Of a DNA stretch of 54,849 nucleotides, positions 14,984-24,955 are shown piece after piece; the first letter of the stretch is position 1; every line of letters begins with the position of its first letter. The DNA comes from Actinomycetota bacterium (GTDB taxonomy: Bacteria > Actinomycetota > UBA4738 > HRBIN12). The translations under genes and the position numbers were made by a program. Below the pieces are notes generated by a model. It did no database searches. It saw only the letters and a program-made list of their open reading frames with translations, and had not been told where the DNA came from. Where the stretch lies: positions 1 through 54,849 of the forward strand of contig DASTHN010000054.1 in the NCBI GenBank assembly GCA_035718185.1, given 5' to 3'.

Positions 14984-17095
14984 CTACAGCTCGCGGGCGA
15001 CCTCACGGACCTCGTAGGCCTCGATGACGTCGCCCTCCTTCACGTCGTTGAAGTTCTCGATGCCGATGCCGCACTCGAACCCCTCGGCGACCTCGCGGGT
15101 GTCGTCCTTGAAGCGGCGCAGCGACCCGATCCGGCCGTCGTACACGATGACGCCGTCGCGGACCACGCGGGCCCGCGCGTTCCGCACGATCGTGCCCTGC
15201 AGGACCATGCATCCCGCCACGACCCCCACCCTCGGGACGCGGAACAGCGCGCGAACCTCGGCGCGGCCGAGCTCCGTCTCGCGCTCCTCGGGCTTCAGCA
15301 TGCCCGAGAGGGCGCTGCGGATGTCGTCGATCGCGTCGTAGATCACGCGGTACAGGCGGACATCCACGCCCTCGCGCTCGGCGAGCTCGCGCGCGGTCGC
15401 ATCGGGACGGACGTTGAAGCCCACGACGATCGCCCGCGAGGCCATGGCGAGCTTGATGTCGCTCTCGGTCACGGCCCCGGCGGCGCTGCGGATCACGTTC
15501 ACCCGCACCTCGTCTTGCGGGAGCTTCATGAACGCGTCCACGAGCGCACCGATCGACCCCTGTACGTCCGCCTTCACGACCAGGTTGAGCTCCGGGATCT
15601 CGGCGGCGCTGGCCTGGGCCATCAGCTCGGCCAGGGTGGGCGGCCGCGTGGCCACGAGCTCCGCGGCGCGGACCTTGGCCTCGCGCTCCTGGGCGACGTG
15701 CCGCGCCTCGCGCTCGTCCTCGACCTCGCGGAACTCGTCCCCGGCGTTCGGCACGTGCGACCAGCCGAGGATCTGGACCGGCTTGCTGGGCCCGGCCTGC
15801 TTCACCGGCCGGCCGTTCTCGTCGAGCATCGCCCGGATCTTCGCCCAGGTGATGCCCGAGACGAGCGTGTCGCCGACGTCGAGCGTGCCCTTCTGCACGA
15901 GGACCGTCGCCACCGGTCCCCGACCCTTGTCCAGGTTGGCCTCGAGCACCGCGCCACGGGCCCGGCCCTCGGGGTCCGCCTTCAGCTCCTCGATGTCGGC
16001 GACGAGCAGGATCGTCTCGAGCAGCGTGTCGAGGTTGGTACGGGCTTTCGCCGACACGTCGACGAACTCGTGGTTCCCGCCCCACTCCGATGGCACGATG
16101 CCGAGCTCCACCATCTGCTGACGGACACGCGTCGGGTCGGCCTCGGGCTTGTCGATCTTGTTGACCGCGACGACGATCGGCACCGCCGCCGCCTTCGCGT
16201 GGTCGAGCGCTTCGACCGTCTGCGGCTTCACCCCGTCGTCCGCGGCAACCACGAGGACCGCGATGTCGGTGACCTCGGCGCCGCGGGCCCGCATCGCCGT
16301 GAACGCCTCGTGGCCCGGGGTGTCGATGAACGTGATCTCGCGGCCGTTCACATGGGTCTGGTAGGCGCCGATGTGCTGCGTGATCCCCCCGAACTCGCCC
16401 GAGACCACGTCGGTCTGACGGATCGCGTCCAGGAGCTTCGTCTTCCCGTGGTCGACGTGCCCCATGATCGTGACCACCGGCGCTCGCGGGACGAGCCGGG
16501 ACTGGTCGACGGGCTCCTCCTCCGGCTCCTCCTCCTCGATGCCGACGAGCTCCGCCTCGTAGCCGAGCTCGGTCGCGACCAGCGAGAGCGCATCGTCCGA
16601 CAGCGACTGGGTCGCCGTGGCCATCTCCCCCATCGTGAACAGGACCTTCACGACGTCGGCCGAGGTCCGGTTCGTCTTGTCGGCGACGTCCTGGGCCGTC
16701 GAGCCGCGCAGCAGCTTGAGCGTCGGCAGCTCGGGCCTGCGGCGCTCCGGCTGGGGCGGTGCGGCGGGTGCCGGCTGCGGCGCCGGCGACGCTGGCGCCG
16801 GTGGAGCCTCGGCCGCGGGCACTGGGGCCTCCTCGGCCGCGGTCGGGACGGTCGGGGCGGCCGGGGCCGGTTCCTCGGCCTTCTTCCTCGGGCGGCGCTT
16901 CGGCGGGGGCTCCTCCGTGACCTCGCGGATCCGCGCCTCGGGCACGGCCTTGCCGCCCGAGGCGCGGAGCCGTGGCACCGCCTGGTCGGGCACCGAGGAC
17001 GAGGCCGTCAGACCGTCGATCCCCATCTCCTTCAGGACCGCGAGCAGATCCTTGCTCGCGACCCCAAGCTCCTTGGCCAGCTCGTGAACCCTCAA
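14984..17095 (-). CDS. infB: Translation initiation factor IF-2
   Basis: [10 protein letters not shown]-terminus, [30 protein letters not shown] start overlapping the ylxR stop. Confidence 0.99.
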   Translation of the reverse strand: MRVHELAKELGVASKDLLAVLKEMGIDGLTASSSVPDQAVPRLRASGGKAVPEARIREVTEEPPPKRRPRKKAEEPAPAAPTVPTAAEEAPVPAAEAPPAPASPAPQPAPAAPPQPERRRPELPTLKLLRGSTAQDVADKTNRTSADVVKVLFTMGEMATATQSLSDDALSLVATELGYEAELVGIEEEEPEEEPVDQSRLVPRAPVVTIMGHVDHGKTKLLDAIRQTDVVSGEFGGITQHIGAYQTHVNGREITFIDTPGHEAFTAMRARGAEVTDIAVLVVAADDGVKPQTVEALDHAKAAAVPIVVAVNKIDKPEADPTRVRQQMVELGIVPSEWGGNHEFVDVSAKARTNLDTLLETILLVADIEELKADPEGRARGAVLEANLDKGRGPVATVLVQKGTLDVGDTLVSGITWAKIRAMLDENGRPVKQAGPSKPVQILGWSHVPNAGDEFREVEDEREARHVAQEREAKVRAAELVATRPPTLAELMAQASAAEIPELNLVVKADVQGSIGALVDAFMKLPQDEVRVNVIRSAAGAVTESDIKLAMASRAIVVGFNVRPDATARELAEREGVDVRLYRVIYDAIDDIRSALSGMLKPEERETELGRAEVRALFRVPRVGVVAGCMVLQGTIVRNARARVVRDGVIVYDGRIGSLRRFKDDTREVAEGFECGIGIENFNDVKEGDVIEAYEVREVAREL

Positions 17096-17367
17096 CCCTG
17101 CAGCGCTCCTTCGATGTCTCGCCCTAGCCTAGCGGCTTCCTCCGGCCCCACGCCCGTGCGCAGCGCCCTGCCGAGCGACCCCTTCGCGAGCGCGGCCCGC
17201 GCGCAGTCGCGGCTCCGATGCACGTACGCCCCTCGGCCAGGTGACGACCCGGTGGGGTCGACGCGGACCGTCGCACCCGGACCCCGGACGATCCTCAGCA
17301 GCTCGGCCTTCCGCGCCCTGGCCCTGCACCCCACGCAGGTCCGCTCGGGCTCCCTGCGGGTGGACAC
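17092..17367 (-). CDS. ylxR: YlxR/DUF448 RNA-binding protein
   Basis: [21 protein letters not shown]; between nusA and infB. Confidence 0.93.
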   Translation of the reverse strand: MSTRREPERTCVGCRARARKAELLRIVRGPGATVRVDPTGSSPGRGAYVHRSRDCARAALAKGSLGRALRTGVGPEEAARLGRDIEGALQG

Positions 17368-17370
17368 GAC

Positions 17371-18585
17371 TCAGGCCTCCGCCGGTTCCTCCGCGTCCGC
17401 CTCGACCGCCTCCGCGGCAGCCTCGGTTCCCCCCGCCTCGGCCATGGCCTGCGGCTCCGCCGCCGGCTCGGGCTCGGCGGGCCCCGGCTCGGGCTCGGAC
17501 GGGGCCGCGGCTTCCGGCGCGGCGACGGGTCGCGGTGCGCGGCCCTCGTCCGCCTGCTGGGTCTCGCTCTTGATGTCGATCCGGAACCCGGTCAGGCGAG
17601 CGGCGAGGCGGGCGTTCTGCCCCTCCTTGCCGATCGCAAGCGACAGCTGGTAGTCGGGGACGATCACGGTCGCGGTCTGCGTCTCGGGATCGACCCGCGC
17701 CTCCTTCACCTTGGCGGGCTGGAGAGCGTTGGCGACGAACGGCCCTGGATCCGCGCTCCACGGAACCACATCGATCTTCTCGCCTCGCAGCTCGGTCACG
17801 ACGTTGCGGACCCGCGAGCCCTTCGGCCCGACGCACGCGCCGACCGGGTCGACCGCCGGCTCACGCGAGGCGACGGCGATCTTCGAGCGGTGCCCGGGCT
17901 CCCGTGCGACCGCCTTGATCTCGACGATCCCCTCCTCGATCTCGGGCACCTCCATGGCGAAGAGGGCTTTCAGCAGACCGGGGTGCGTTCGCGAGACGAC
18001 GATCTGCGGCCCCTTCGTGCCGCGCCGGACCTCCGTGATGTACGCCTTCACCCGTTCGCCGTGCCGGTAGGACTCGGCCGGGACCTGCTCCGAGGCCGGC
18101 ATGAGCGCCTCCACCTTGCCCAGGTCGAGGAGGATGTACCGGCGGTCCTGCTGCTGCACGATCCCCGTCACCACATCGCCCTCGCGGCCGGCGAATTCCT
18201 CGTAGGTCATCTCGCGCTCGGCGTCCCGCAGCTTCTGGAAGATCACCTGCTTGGCGGTCTGCGCGCCGATGCGCCCCTTGAACTCGTCGGTGACCTCGAC
18301 CTCGTCCTCGGACAGGACCCGGTGCTCGACCGTGGTCTCGCCGGTCTCGGGGTCCTCGTGCTCGATCTCCTCGAGCTGCTGCAGCCAGACCCGCAGGTCG
18401 CCCGACTCGGGGTCGATCGTCGCGCGCACGCCGATCGCCTCCTCGTCGGCCTCCGGGTGCTGCTGCTTCCACCACGACTTGTACGCGGACGCCATCGCCT
18501 CCTCGAGACCCGAGAGGATCGTCTCGAAGGCGATGCCCTTCTCGCGCTCCAGCTCGCGGAGCGCCGCGATCATCTCCTGGTTCAT
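17371..18585 (-). CDS. nusA: Transcription termination factor NusA with Ala/Glu/Pro tail
   Basis: [13 protein letters not shown]1 and KH domains, [29 protein letters not shown]. Confidence 0.98.
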   Translation of the reverse strand: MNQEMIAALRELEREKGIAFETILSGLEEAMASAYKSWWKQQHPEADEEAIGVRATIDPESGDLRVWLQQLEEIEHEDPETGETTVEHRVLSEDEVEVTDEFKGRIGAQTAKQVIFQKLRDAEREMTYEEFAGREGDVVTGIVQQQDRRYILLDLGKVEALMPASEQVPAESYRHGERVKAYITEVRRGTKGPQIVVSRTHPGLLKALFAMEVPEIEEGIVEIKAVAREPGHRSKIAVASREPAVDPVGACVGPKGSRVRNVVTELRGEKIDVVPWSADPGPFVANALQPAKVKEARVDPETQTATVIVPDYQLSLAIGKEGQNARLAARLTGFRIDIKSETQQADEGRAPRPVAAPEAAAPSEPEPGPAEPEPAAEPQAMAEAGGTEAAAEAVEADAEEPAEA

Positions 18586-19043
18586 CTCCTGCTCCTCGCC
18601 GCTCCCCACTCGACGACGGTGCGCGCCGACACGATGTCGGCGTAGGGGACGCGTCGCTCTCCGCCCTCGGAGGCGATCCGGATCGCCTCCGCGTCGGCCG
18701 AGACCAACGCGCCCTCCTGCACCTTGGCACCATCGATCGGCGCCACCGTCTTCACCTTCACCTTCTGTCCCACGCTGCGCCCGAAGTGCCACGGCGTCCG
18801 GAGCGGCCGCTCGATCCCCGGCGAGCTGACCTCGAGCGTGTAGCCTCGGGGACCGAAGTCCTCCAGGTCCAGGCGCCGAGACAGCCGCTCGGAGACGTCC
18901 GCGATCGTGTCCAGGTCGACCCCTCCCTCTCGATCGACCGAAACGCGCAGGACGCTCCTGCGCCCTTCCCCGCGGAAGGCCACGTCCCACAGCTCGAGGC
19001 CGGACGACTCGACCACCGGCCGGACCAGCGCCTCGACGTCCAT
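18582..19043 (-). CDS. rimP: Ribosome maturation factor RimP
   Basis: LRVSVDREGGVDLD, YTLEVSSPGIERPL. Confidence 0.96.
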   Translation of the reverse strand: MDVEALVRPVVESSGLELWDVAFRGEGRRSVLRVSVDREGGVDLDTIADVSERLSRRLDLEDFGPRGYTLEVSSPGIERPLRTPWHFGRSVGQKVKVKTVAPIDGAKVQEGALVSADAEAIRIASEGGERRVPYADIVSARTVVEWGAARSRR

Positions 19044-19056
19044 CCCTCGCCTCTCG

Positions 19057-19083
19057 AAAAAGAAAGTGGGCGCGAGCCCACTT
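19057..19083 (-). terminator. Intrinsic terminator in the rimP 5' leader (rimP-leader attenuator)
   Basis: mRNA AAGUGGGC-ucgc-GCCCACUU-UCUUUUU between a -10 box and the rimP start; matches the GGGC..GCCC premature terminator described upstream of rimP-nusA in many bacteria. Confidence 0.85.
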
Positions 19084-19112
19084 CCGGGTGCAACCGCTCC
19101 GTTGACCTTGCG

Positions 19113-19118
19113 AGTATA
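19113..19118 (-). promoter_or_regulatory. -10 element of the rimP-nusA-infB operon promoter
   Basis: TATACT on the minus strand about 30 nt upstream of the leader terminator, conspicuous in GC-rich DNA. Confidence 0.65.
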
Positions 19119-19153
19119 GCGGAGCGACGGCGCTCGAGTGGCGGAAGCGCTGG

Positions 19154-19432
19154 TCAGAGGGCCCGGCGCTGCCCTCCCGGGGTGCCCCAGTGGTCCCGTG
19201 CCATCCGGCGGGTCACCCGCGGGTCGTCCCACCCATGGTGCACGCGCAGGCCGAGCGCCCGGGCCGCGGCCTCCGCGGCCTCCACGCTGGGGTACTCCTC
19301 GCGGACCCACGTGCCGTCCACCGAGATCAGGAGCAGGTCCCAGGTCTGGCGGCCGACGTGCTGCAGGACGGCCTCGACCTCGGGTCGGAGCTTCACGAAG
19401 TCGAGGAGCCGCCCGGCGGGACGCACGGTCAC
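19154..19432 (-). CDS. Small hypothetical protein (92 aa)
   Basis: Fills the proS-rimP gap, GC3-rich codons, ordinary globular composition; TAGGCT hexamer 6 nt before its GTG. Confidence 0.75.
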   Translation of the reverse strand: MTVRPAGRLLDFVKLRPEVEAVLQHVGRQTWDLLLISVDGTWVREEYPSVEAAEAAARALGLRVHHGWDDPRVTRRMARDHWGTPGGQRRAL

Positions 19433-19438
19433 CGGCCG

Positions 19439-19444
19439 AGCCTA
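19439..19444 (-). promoter_or_regulatory. -10 hexamer TAGGCT (includes the proS TAG stop), leaderless spacing
   Basis: 6 nt upstream of the GTG at 19432. Confidence 0.5.
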
Positions 19445-21151
19445 CGGCGCCGACGCCAGGAGGTCGAGCGCGGCCTCCGCAGCTCCGGCGAGGGGTACCT
19501 GGGAACGTTCCCCGGTGGCTCGCAGCTTCAGGTCGACCGACCCCGCCTGGATGCCCCGCGTGCCCACGACAACCTGCACCGGGCACCCGATCAGGTCGGC
19601 GTCGGCGAACTTCACGCCGGCGGCGTCCTCTCGGTCGTCGAAGAGGACCTCGACGCCCCGCGAAACGAGATCGGCGTAGATCCGCTCCGACTCGGCCACC
19701 GCCCGCTCGTGGTCCCGCGTCGCGAGGATCACCTCGACCTGGAACGGAGCGATCGCCTTCGGCCAGCGCAGGCCCGCGTCGTCGTGCCGCTGCTCCGCCG
19801 CGGCGGCCATGATCCGCGAGATCCCCATCCCGTAACAGCCCATCTGGAATGGCTTGGCGATGCCGTCCTCGTCGATGAAGGACGCCTTGAGAGGCTCCGA
19901 GTACTTCGTGTGGAGCTGGAAGATGTGTCCGACCACGATCGAGCGCCCCATGCGGAGCGCTCCACCGTCGATCGGACAGCGGTCGCCTTCTCGGATCTCG
20001 ACGAGGTCCTCGAACCGGTCCACGCGGAAGTCCCGCGGCATGTTCGCCCCACGGACGTGGTGGTCCCGCTCGTTGGCGCCGGTGATCCAGTCGCGGCCGC
20101 CTCGCACCGTGTGGTCGGCGAGCACGATGGCGTCGTCGGGCATCACCTGGGGACCGACATACCCCTTCACGAACCCGCGCTCCACGAAGTCGACGTCCTC
20201 GAACGGGCGGAGAGGCGTGGGGAAGAACAGCCGCTCCAGCTTCGGCTCGGCGACCTCGCGGTCGCCCGGGACCAGCACCGCGACGGTCTGCCCGCCCGCG
20301 TCGAACATGACGCACTTGAGGGTCTCGCGCGCCTCGACGCCGAGGAGGGATGCCAGCGCATCGATCGTCGGTGTGTCCGGCGTGTCGAGCACCTCCACGG
20401 GTAGCAGGTCGGTCTGGTCAGCGGGCTCGGGCGCCATGGGGCGGGCGGCCTCCACGTCCGCGAAGTAATCCCCGTTCGAGCACTCGACGAACAGGTCCTC
20501 GCCGATCTCGGCACGGGCCATGAACTCGTGATTGACGCCCCCGCCGATCTGCCCCGGATCCGCCTCGACCGTGACGTGGTCCAGGCCGCAGCGGTCGAGG
20601 ATCCGCTCGTACGCCGCGTACATCACGTCGTACGACGCCCGCATGCCCTCCTCGTCGCGGTCGAAGGAGTATGCGTCCTTCATGAGGAACTCGCGCACGC
20701 GCAGCAGTCCGAACCGGGGCCGGAACTCGTCCCGGTACTTCCACTCGACCTGGTACAGGTTCACCGGGAGGTCCCGGTACGAGGGCAGGTTCGCCGCCAC
20801 CAGCGGCGCGACCACCTCCTCCTCCGTCGGGCCGAGCAGCATCTGTCGTCCGTGCCGGTCGGTGAGCTTGAACAGGAGCTCGCCGTACAGGTCGAAGCGC
20901 CCGGTCGCCTTCCAGGGCTCGGCGGGAAGGACGATCGGCATACGTATCTCCTGCGCGCCGGAGGCGTCCATCTCGTCGCGCGTGATCTCCTCGATCTTGC
21001 GCATGCTCCGAACGCCGAGCGGCAGGGTCGTGTACACCCCGGCGGCGACCTGTCGGATGAAGCCGGCGCGCAGCAGCAGCCGGTGGCTGGCAACCTCGGC
21101 CTCGGCGGGATCCTCTCGGAGCGTCGGTGCGAACAGGTGCGAGAGCCGCAT
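19442..21151 (-). CDS. proS: Proline--tRNA ligase (bacterial type with INS editing domain)
   Basis: MRLSHLFAPTLRE, LGPTEEE, RDEFRPRFGLLRVREFLMKDAYSF, GHIFQL, MGCYGMGISR, GVKFADADLIG. The 1027-aa ORF-track extension is antisense to trpE. Confidence 0.98.
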   Translation of the reverse strand: MRLSHLFAPTLREDPAEAEVASHRLLLRAGFIRQVAAGVYTTLPLGVRSMRKIEEITRDEMDASGAQEIRMPIVLPAEPWKATGRFDLYGELLFKLTDRHGRQMLLGPTEEEVVAPLVAANLPSYRDLPVNLYQVEWKYRDEFRPRFGLLRVREFLMKDAYSFDRDEEGMRASYDVMYAAYERILDRCGLDHVTVEADPGQIGGGVNHEFMARAEIGEDLFVECSNGDYFADVEAARPMAPEPADQTDLLPVEVLDTPDTPTIDALASLLGVEARETLKCVMFDAGGQTVAVLVPGDREVAEPKLERLFFPTPLRPFEDVDFVERGFVKGYVGPQVMPDDAIVLADHTVRGGRDWITGANERDHHVRGANMPRDFRVDRFEDLVEIREGDRCPIDGGALRMGRSIVVGHIFQLHTKYSEPLKASFIDEDGIAKPFQMGCYGMGISRIMAAAAEQRHDDAGLRWPKAIAPFQVEVILATRDHERAVAESERIYADLVSRGVEVLFDDREDAAGVKFADADLIGCPVQVVVGTRGIQAGSVDLKLRATGERSQVPLAGAAEAALDLLASAP

Positions 21152-21172
21152 GGGGCTGGAAGGATACCGGGA

Positions 21173-22642
21173 ATGCACATCCGACCGGACCGTTCGGGAT
21201 TCGACACCCTGGCGGCGTCGTGGCCGCTCGTCCCCGTGTGGACCGAGATGCTCGCCGACGTCTCGACCCCCGTCGGCGTGTTCCCCGCGCTCGCCGGCGA
21301 CGGTGCCGGGATCCTCCTCGAGAGCGTGGAGCGCTCGGAGCGATGGGGGCGCTACTCGTTCGTGGCGGGCGACCCGGCGGCGATCGTCGTGGTCGACGAC
21401 GACGGACTGCGGCTCGAGCATCCGGTGCGTTCGCTCCCGCCGACACCGGAGCCAACCGGGGACGCGCGGGTCGACCTCCGCGCCCTCGCCGAGGCGCTCG
21501 GCGGGCCTCGGCTCGAGGGGCTCCCCTCGCTCACCGGGGGGCTGATGGGCGTCCTCTCCTACGAGGCCGCCGGACTCCTCGACGGCCACCCGACGCCGCA
21601 GGGAGTCATGCCCGCGCCGCCGATCGCGCTCCTGGTCATCGATCGCGCGGTCGTCTTCGACCACTGGCGACAGCGGCTCCTCCTCGTGGCCCACGTGCCC
21701 GAGGGTCGATACGACGAGGGCGTCGCGGCGCTCGAGGACCTCGCGACCCGGCTCTCCAGGCCCGCGGTCCCCGCACCCGAACCCTTGGGGGGGGCGGCGT
21801 CTGTCGACATGACCGGCGTCACGAACATGCCCGACGAGCGCTATACGGCGATCGTCGGCGCCATGAAGGAGCACATCGCCGCCGGCGACATCTACCAGGG
21901 GGTGCCGTCGCGTCGGGTATCGTTCCCGGCGCCCCGGGGCGGTTTCCCGATCTACCGGCGGCTGCGCGTCTCGAACCCGGCGCCGTACATGTTCTTCGTG
22001 CGGATGCTCGGGCTCGAGCTCGCCGGCTCCTCCCCCGAGCCCCTCGTCCGCGTCGAGGGCCGGACCGTGACGACCCGCCCGATCGCCGGCACCCGACCCC
22101 GCGGAGAGACCGAGCTCCGCGACCGGCTCTACGAGCACGAGCTCCTCGCGGATCCCAAGGAGCGCGCCGAGCACGCGATGCTCGTGGACCTGGCGCGCAA
22201 CGACCTCGGTCGCGTGTGCACGCCGGGCACGGTCCGCCCGACCGAGCTCATGGTGGTCGAGCGCTTCTCCAAAGTCATGCACATCGTGAGCACCGTGGAG
22301 GGCGAGCTGGCCGAGGACATGCACGCGCTCGACGCGCTCGCGGTCGCCTTCCCGGCCGGCACGGTGACCGGCGCCCCGAAGCGGCGGGCGATGGAGATCA
22401 TCGCGGAGCACGAGCCCACGGCGCGAGGCCCGTACGCCGGGGCCGTCGGCTACTGCACGTTCGCCGGCGACCTGGACTTCTGCATCACCATCCGCACGGC
22501 GGTCGTCACGGACGGCACGGCCCACGTCCAGACCGGCGCGGGCGTCGTCGCGGACTCGGACCCCGAGGCCGAGCTGCGCGAGACGAAGAGCAAGGCCCTC
22601 GCGCTGCTCCCCGCCGTCCAGGGCGGAGGAGCCGCCCCGTGA
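21173..22642 (+). CDS. trpE: Anthranilate synthase component I family
   Basis: LLESVE..GRYSF, NPAPYM, GSSPE, PIAGT (Ala where PabB has Lys), EHAMLVDLARND, FPAGTVTGAPK, GAGVVADS. Confidence 0.88.
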   Translation: MHIRPDRSGFDTLAASWPLVPVWTEMLADVSTPVGVFPALAGDGAGILLESVERSERWGRYSFVAGDPAAIVVVDDDGLRLEHPVRSLPPTPEPTGDARVDLRALAEALGGPRLEGLPSLTGGLMGVLSYEAAGLLDGHPTPQGVMPAPPIALLVIDRAVVFDHWRQRLLLVAHVPEGRYDEGVAALEDLATRLSRPAVPAPEPLGGAASVDMTGVTNMPDERYTAIVGAMKEHIAAGDIYQGVPSRRVSFPAPRGGFPIYRRLRVSNPAPYMFFVRMLGLELAGSSPEPLVRVEGRTVTTRPIAGTRPRGETELRDRLYEHELLADPKERAEHAMLVDLARNDLGRVCTPGTVRPTELMVVERFSKVMHIVSTVEGELAEDMHALDALAVAFPAGTVTGAPKRRAMEIIAEHEPTARGPYAGAVGYCTFAGDLDFCITIRTAVVTDGTAHVQTGAGVVADSDPEAELRETKSKALALLPAVQGGGAAP

Positions 22643-23208
22643 TCCTCGTCGTCGACCACTACGACTCGTTCACGTACAACCTCGTCCAGCTCGTCGAGGG
22701 TCTGGGCCACGCGACGGAGGTCGTGAAGAGCGACGCCGAGACCGCCGCGGCGCTCGTCGCGCGCGAGCCGGCCGCCGTGATCCTGTCACCGGGGCCGGGA
22801 CGCCCCGAGGATGCAGGCGTGTTCACCGATCTGCTCGGCCTGCTGCCCGCCGAGATCCCGGTCCTGGGCGTGTGCCTCGGCCACCAGGCGCTCGGTCTGG
22901 TCGCCGGCGGGCACGTCGACCGCGCCGAGCCCGTCCACGGCAAGGCGAGCCTGGTCTTCAACGACGGGAAAGGCATCCTGGCGGGGCTGCCGAACCCGTT
23001 CGAGGCCGGGCGCTACCACTCGCTCGTCGTCCGGCGGGACGGCCTGCCCGAGGAGCTGGAGCTCACCGCCTGGAGCGAGGACGGCCTCGTCATGGCGACC
23101 CAGCATCGAGCGCTCCCCCGCTTCGGCGTCCAGTTCCACCCCGAGTCGATCCTCACCCCAGACGGCCCGAAGATCGTGCGGAACTTCCTCGCGCTCCCCC
23201 GCGGCTGA
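22639..23208 (+). CDS. trpG: Glutamine amidotransferase component II (TrpG/PabA)
   Basis: GTGA overlap; VDHYDSFTYNL, SPGPG, GVCLGHQ, RYHSL, QFHPES. Confidence 0.9.
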   Translation: MILVVDHYDSFTYNLVQLVEGLGHATEVVKSDAETAAALVAREPAAVILSPGPGRPEDAGVFTDLLGLLPAEIPVLGVCLGHQALGLVAGGHVDRAEPVHGKASLVFNDGKGILAGLPNPFEAGRYHSLVVRRDGLPEELELTAWSEDGLVMATQHRALPRFGVQFHPESILTPDGPKIVRNFLALPRG

Positions 23209-23228
23209 GCGGCTCGGAACTTCCGCAC
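23176..23228. terminator. Long inverted repeat straddling the trpG stop
   Basis: GTGCGGAACTTCC (23176-88) pairs 12/13 with GGAACTTCCGCAC (23216-28); located at the convergent trpG/ispG junction. Confidence 0.4.
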
Positions 23229-23390
23229 CACGCGCCGGGTCCCCTCCATGGGAGGCCCGCATCCGTCGCGACGCGCGAACCGGCAGCACGTGGCCGAGCC
23301 ATCGCCCGGCGGTTCCTGCCGTACCGCGTCCGCCTGGCGATCTGCGGACGGCCGCGGCGCACTACCTGTTCCGGAAGCCCTGAGGGGCGA

Positions 23391-24485
23391 TCAGGCCTCG
23401 GCGGGCTCGGCGGCCTTCTCGGCGGCGACCTTGCGGGCTTCGGCGAGCAGGGCATCCACCAGATCGGCCTCGGCCACCTTCGCGACCACCTCGCCCTGCC
23501 GAACGATGAAGCCGAGACCGTTGCCCGCGGCGATGCCCACGTCGGCCTCGCGCGCCTCCCCGGGGCCGTTCACGACGCAGCCCATCACGGCGACGCGCAT
23601 GGGGACGGTGAACCGCTCGCGCTCGATCGCCTCGTTCACCTTGCGCGTGAGCTCGAGGACGTTCACCTCGGCCCGGCCGCAACTGGGACACGCCACGAGG
23701 TCCAGCCCCCGCTCGCGCATCCCGAGCGACTGCAGGATCCAGGTCCCCGCCTTGACCTCCTCGACCGGGTCGTCGGTGAGGCTCACGCGGATCGTGTCAC
23801 CGATGCCCTCGGCGAGAAGGGCCCCGATGCCGACCGCGCTCTTGATGCCCCCCATCGGCATGGGGCCGGCCTCGGTCACGCCGAGGTGCAGGGGATAGTC
23901 GCACTTCTCGGCGAGCTGGCGGTAGGCCTCGATCATCACGCGCGGGTTCGAGTGCTTCACGCTGATCTTCATGTCGAGGAAGTCCTCGTCCTCGAGGATC
24001 CGCGCCTCGGCGAGGGCGCTCTCGACGAGCGCCTCGGGGGTGGGGGTCCCGTAGCGCGCGAGCAGGTCCTTCTCGAGCGATCCGGCGTTCACGCCGATCC
24101 GGATGGGCACGCCCCGAGCCTTGGCCTCGCGGGCGATCAGGCGGACCTTGTCGTGGTACTTGATGTTGCCCGGGTTGATCCGCAGCCCCTGGACGCCGGC
24201 CTCGAGCGCGGCCATCGCGTACTTCCACTGGAAGTGGATGTCCGCCACCACCGGCACCGTGGACTTCGCCGCGATGGCCGTGAGCGCCTCGGCGTCCTCC
24301 CAGTGCGGGACCGCGACACGGACGATGTCGACCCCGGCGGCGACCAGCGAGGCGATCTGCTGCAGCGTGGCGTTGATGTCGGCGGTCTTCGTCGTCGTCA
24401 TCGACTGCACGCTGATCGGGGCGTCGCCACCGATCGAGACGTCGCCGATACGGATCTGCCGGGTGGTCCTGCGCGGCACGGGCAT
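23391..24485 (-). CDS. ispG: HMBPP synthase (MEP pathway)
   Basis: [64 protein letters not shown]. Confidence 0.98.
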   Translation of the reverse strand: MPVPRRTTRQIRIGDVSIGGDAPISVQSMTTTKTADINATLQQIASLVAAGVDIVRVAVPHWEDAEALTAIAAKSTVPVVADIHFQWKYAMAALEAGVQGLRINPGNIKYHDKVRLIAREAKARGVPIRIGVNAGSLEKDLLARYGTPTPEALVESALAEARILEDEDFLDMKISVKHSNPRVMIEAYRQLAEKCDYPLHLGVTEAGPMPMGGIKSAVGIGALLAEGIGDTIRVSLTDDPVEEVKAGTWILQSLGMRERGLDLVACPSCGRAEVNVLELTRKVNEAIERERFTVPMRVAVMGCVVNGPGEAREADVGIAAGNGLGFIVRQGEVVAKVAEADLVDALLAEARKVAAEKAAEPAEA

Positions 24486-24505
24486 CTCGCTCCCAGGCTA
24501 GCCGC

Positions 24506-24955
24506 TCACTCGCCGAACACGTGGAACATGATCTGCCGATCCTTCGGCTCGTCCATCTCGAACAGGATCAGCCGCTGCCAGCGCCCGAAGGCAGGCTCGC
24601 CGCCCTGCACCGGGATCGACTGCGAGGTCGCCGAGAGCAGCATCGACTTGACGTGTGAGTGACCGTTGCGGCGCTCGTGCGACTCCTCCAGATTCTGCGT
24701 CCGGCGGTCGAGATCGTCGTGCGCGTAGTAGATGTCCTCGGGCACGACGTGGAGCATCCGCGCCCGGAAGTCCTGCATCGCGCCCTCCTCCCACTCGTTG
24801 ATCAGGAGCGCACAGGTCGTGTGGGCGCAGAAGACGATCGCGGCGCCCTCGGTGACGCCGGAGTCCTTGATCGCCCGCTCCAGCTCCTCGGTGAGGTCGA
24901 GGTAGGCGTAGCGTTGCGGAGCGGCGACCTCGACCGTGGTGGTGACCGACCTCAC
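24506..24955 (-). CDS. YjbQ/UPF0047 family protein
   Basis: HTTCALLINE, YAHD, NGHSHVKS, FGRWQRL. Confidence 0.88.
   Translation of the reverse strand: MRSVTTTVEVAAPQRYAYLDLTEELERAIKDSGVTEGAAIVFCAHTTCALLINEWEEGAMQDFRARMLHVVPEDIYYAHDDLDRRTQNLEESHERRNGHSHVKSMLLSATSQSIPVQGGEPAFGRWQRLILFEMDEPKDRQIMFHVFGE

Noticed and set aside
396-22525. Apparent giant or fused ORFs in the track (720-aa M16, 1027-aa ProS, 601-aa PPK2, 596-aa TruB, 704-aa TrpE, 539-aa NusA)
   Set aside because: The extra N-terminal parts overlap neighbouring genes in other frames or strands; the real starts are marked by family N-termini, SDs or ATGA/GTGA overlaps.
23209-23390. Small ORF or sRNA in the 180-bp trpG-ispG gap
   Set aside because: Candidate ORFs (e.g. 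23153-23455, 23248-23898) are Arg-rich, lack SDs and overlap real genes; no recognisable RNA motif or promoter. Cannot be excluded without RNA-seq.
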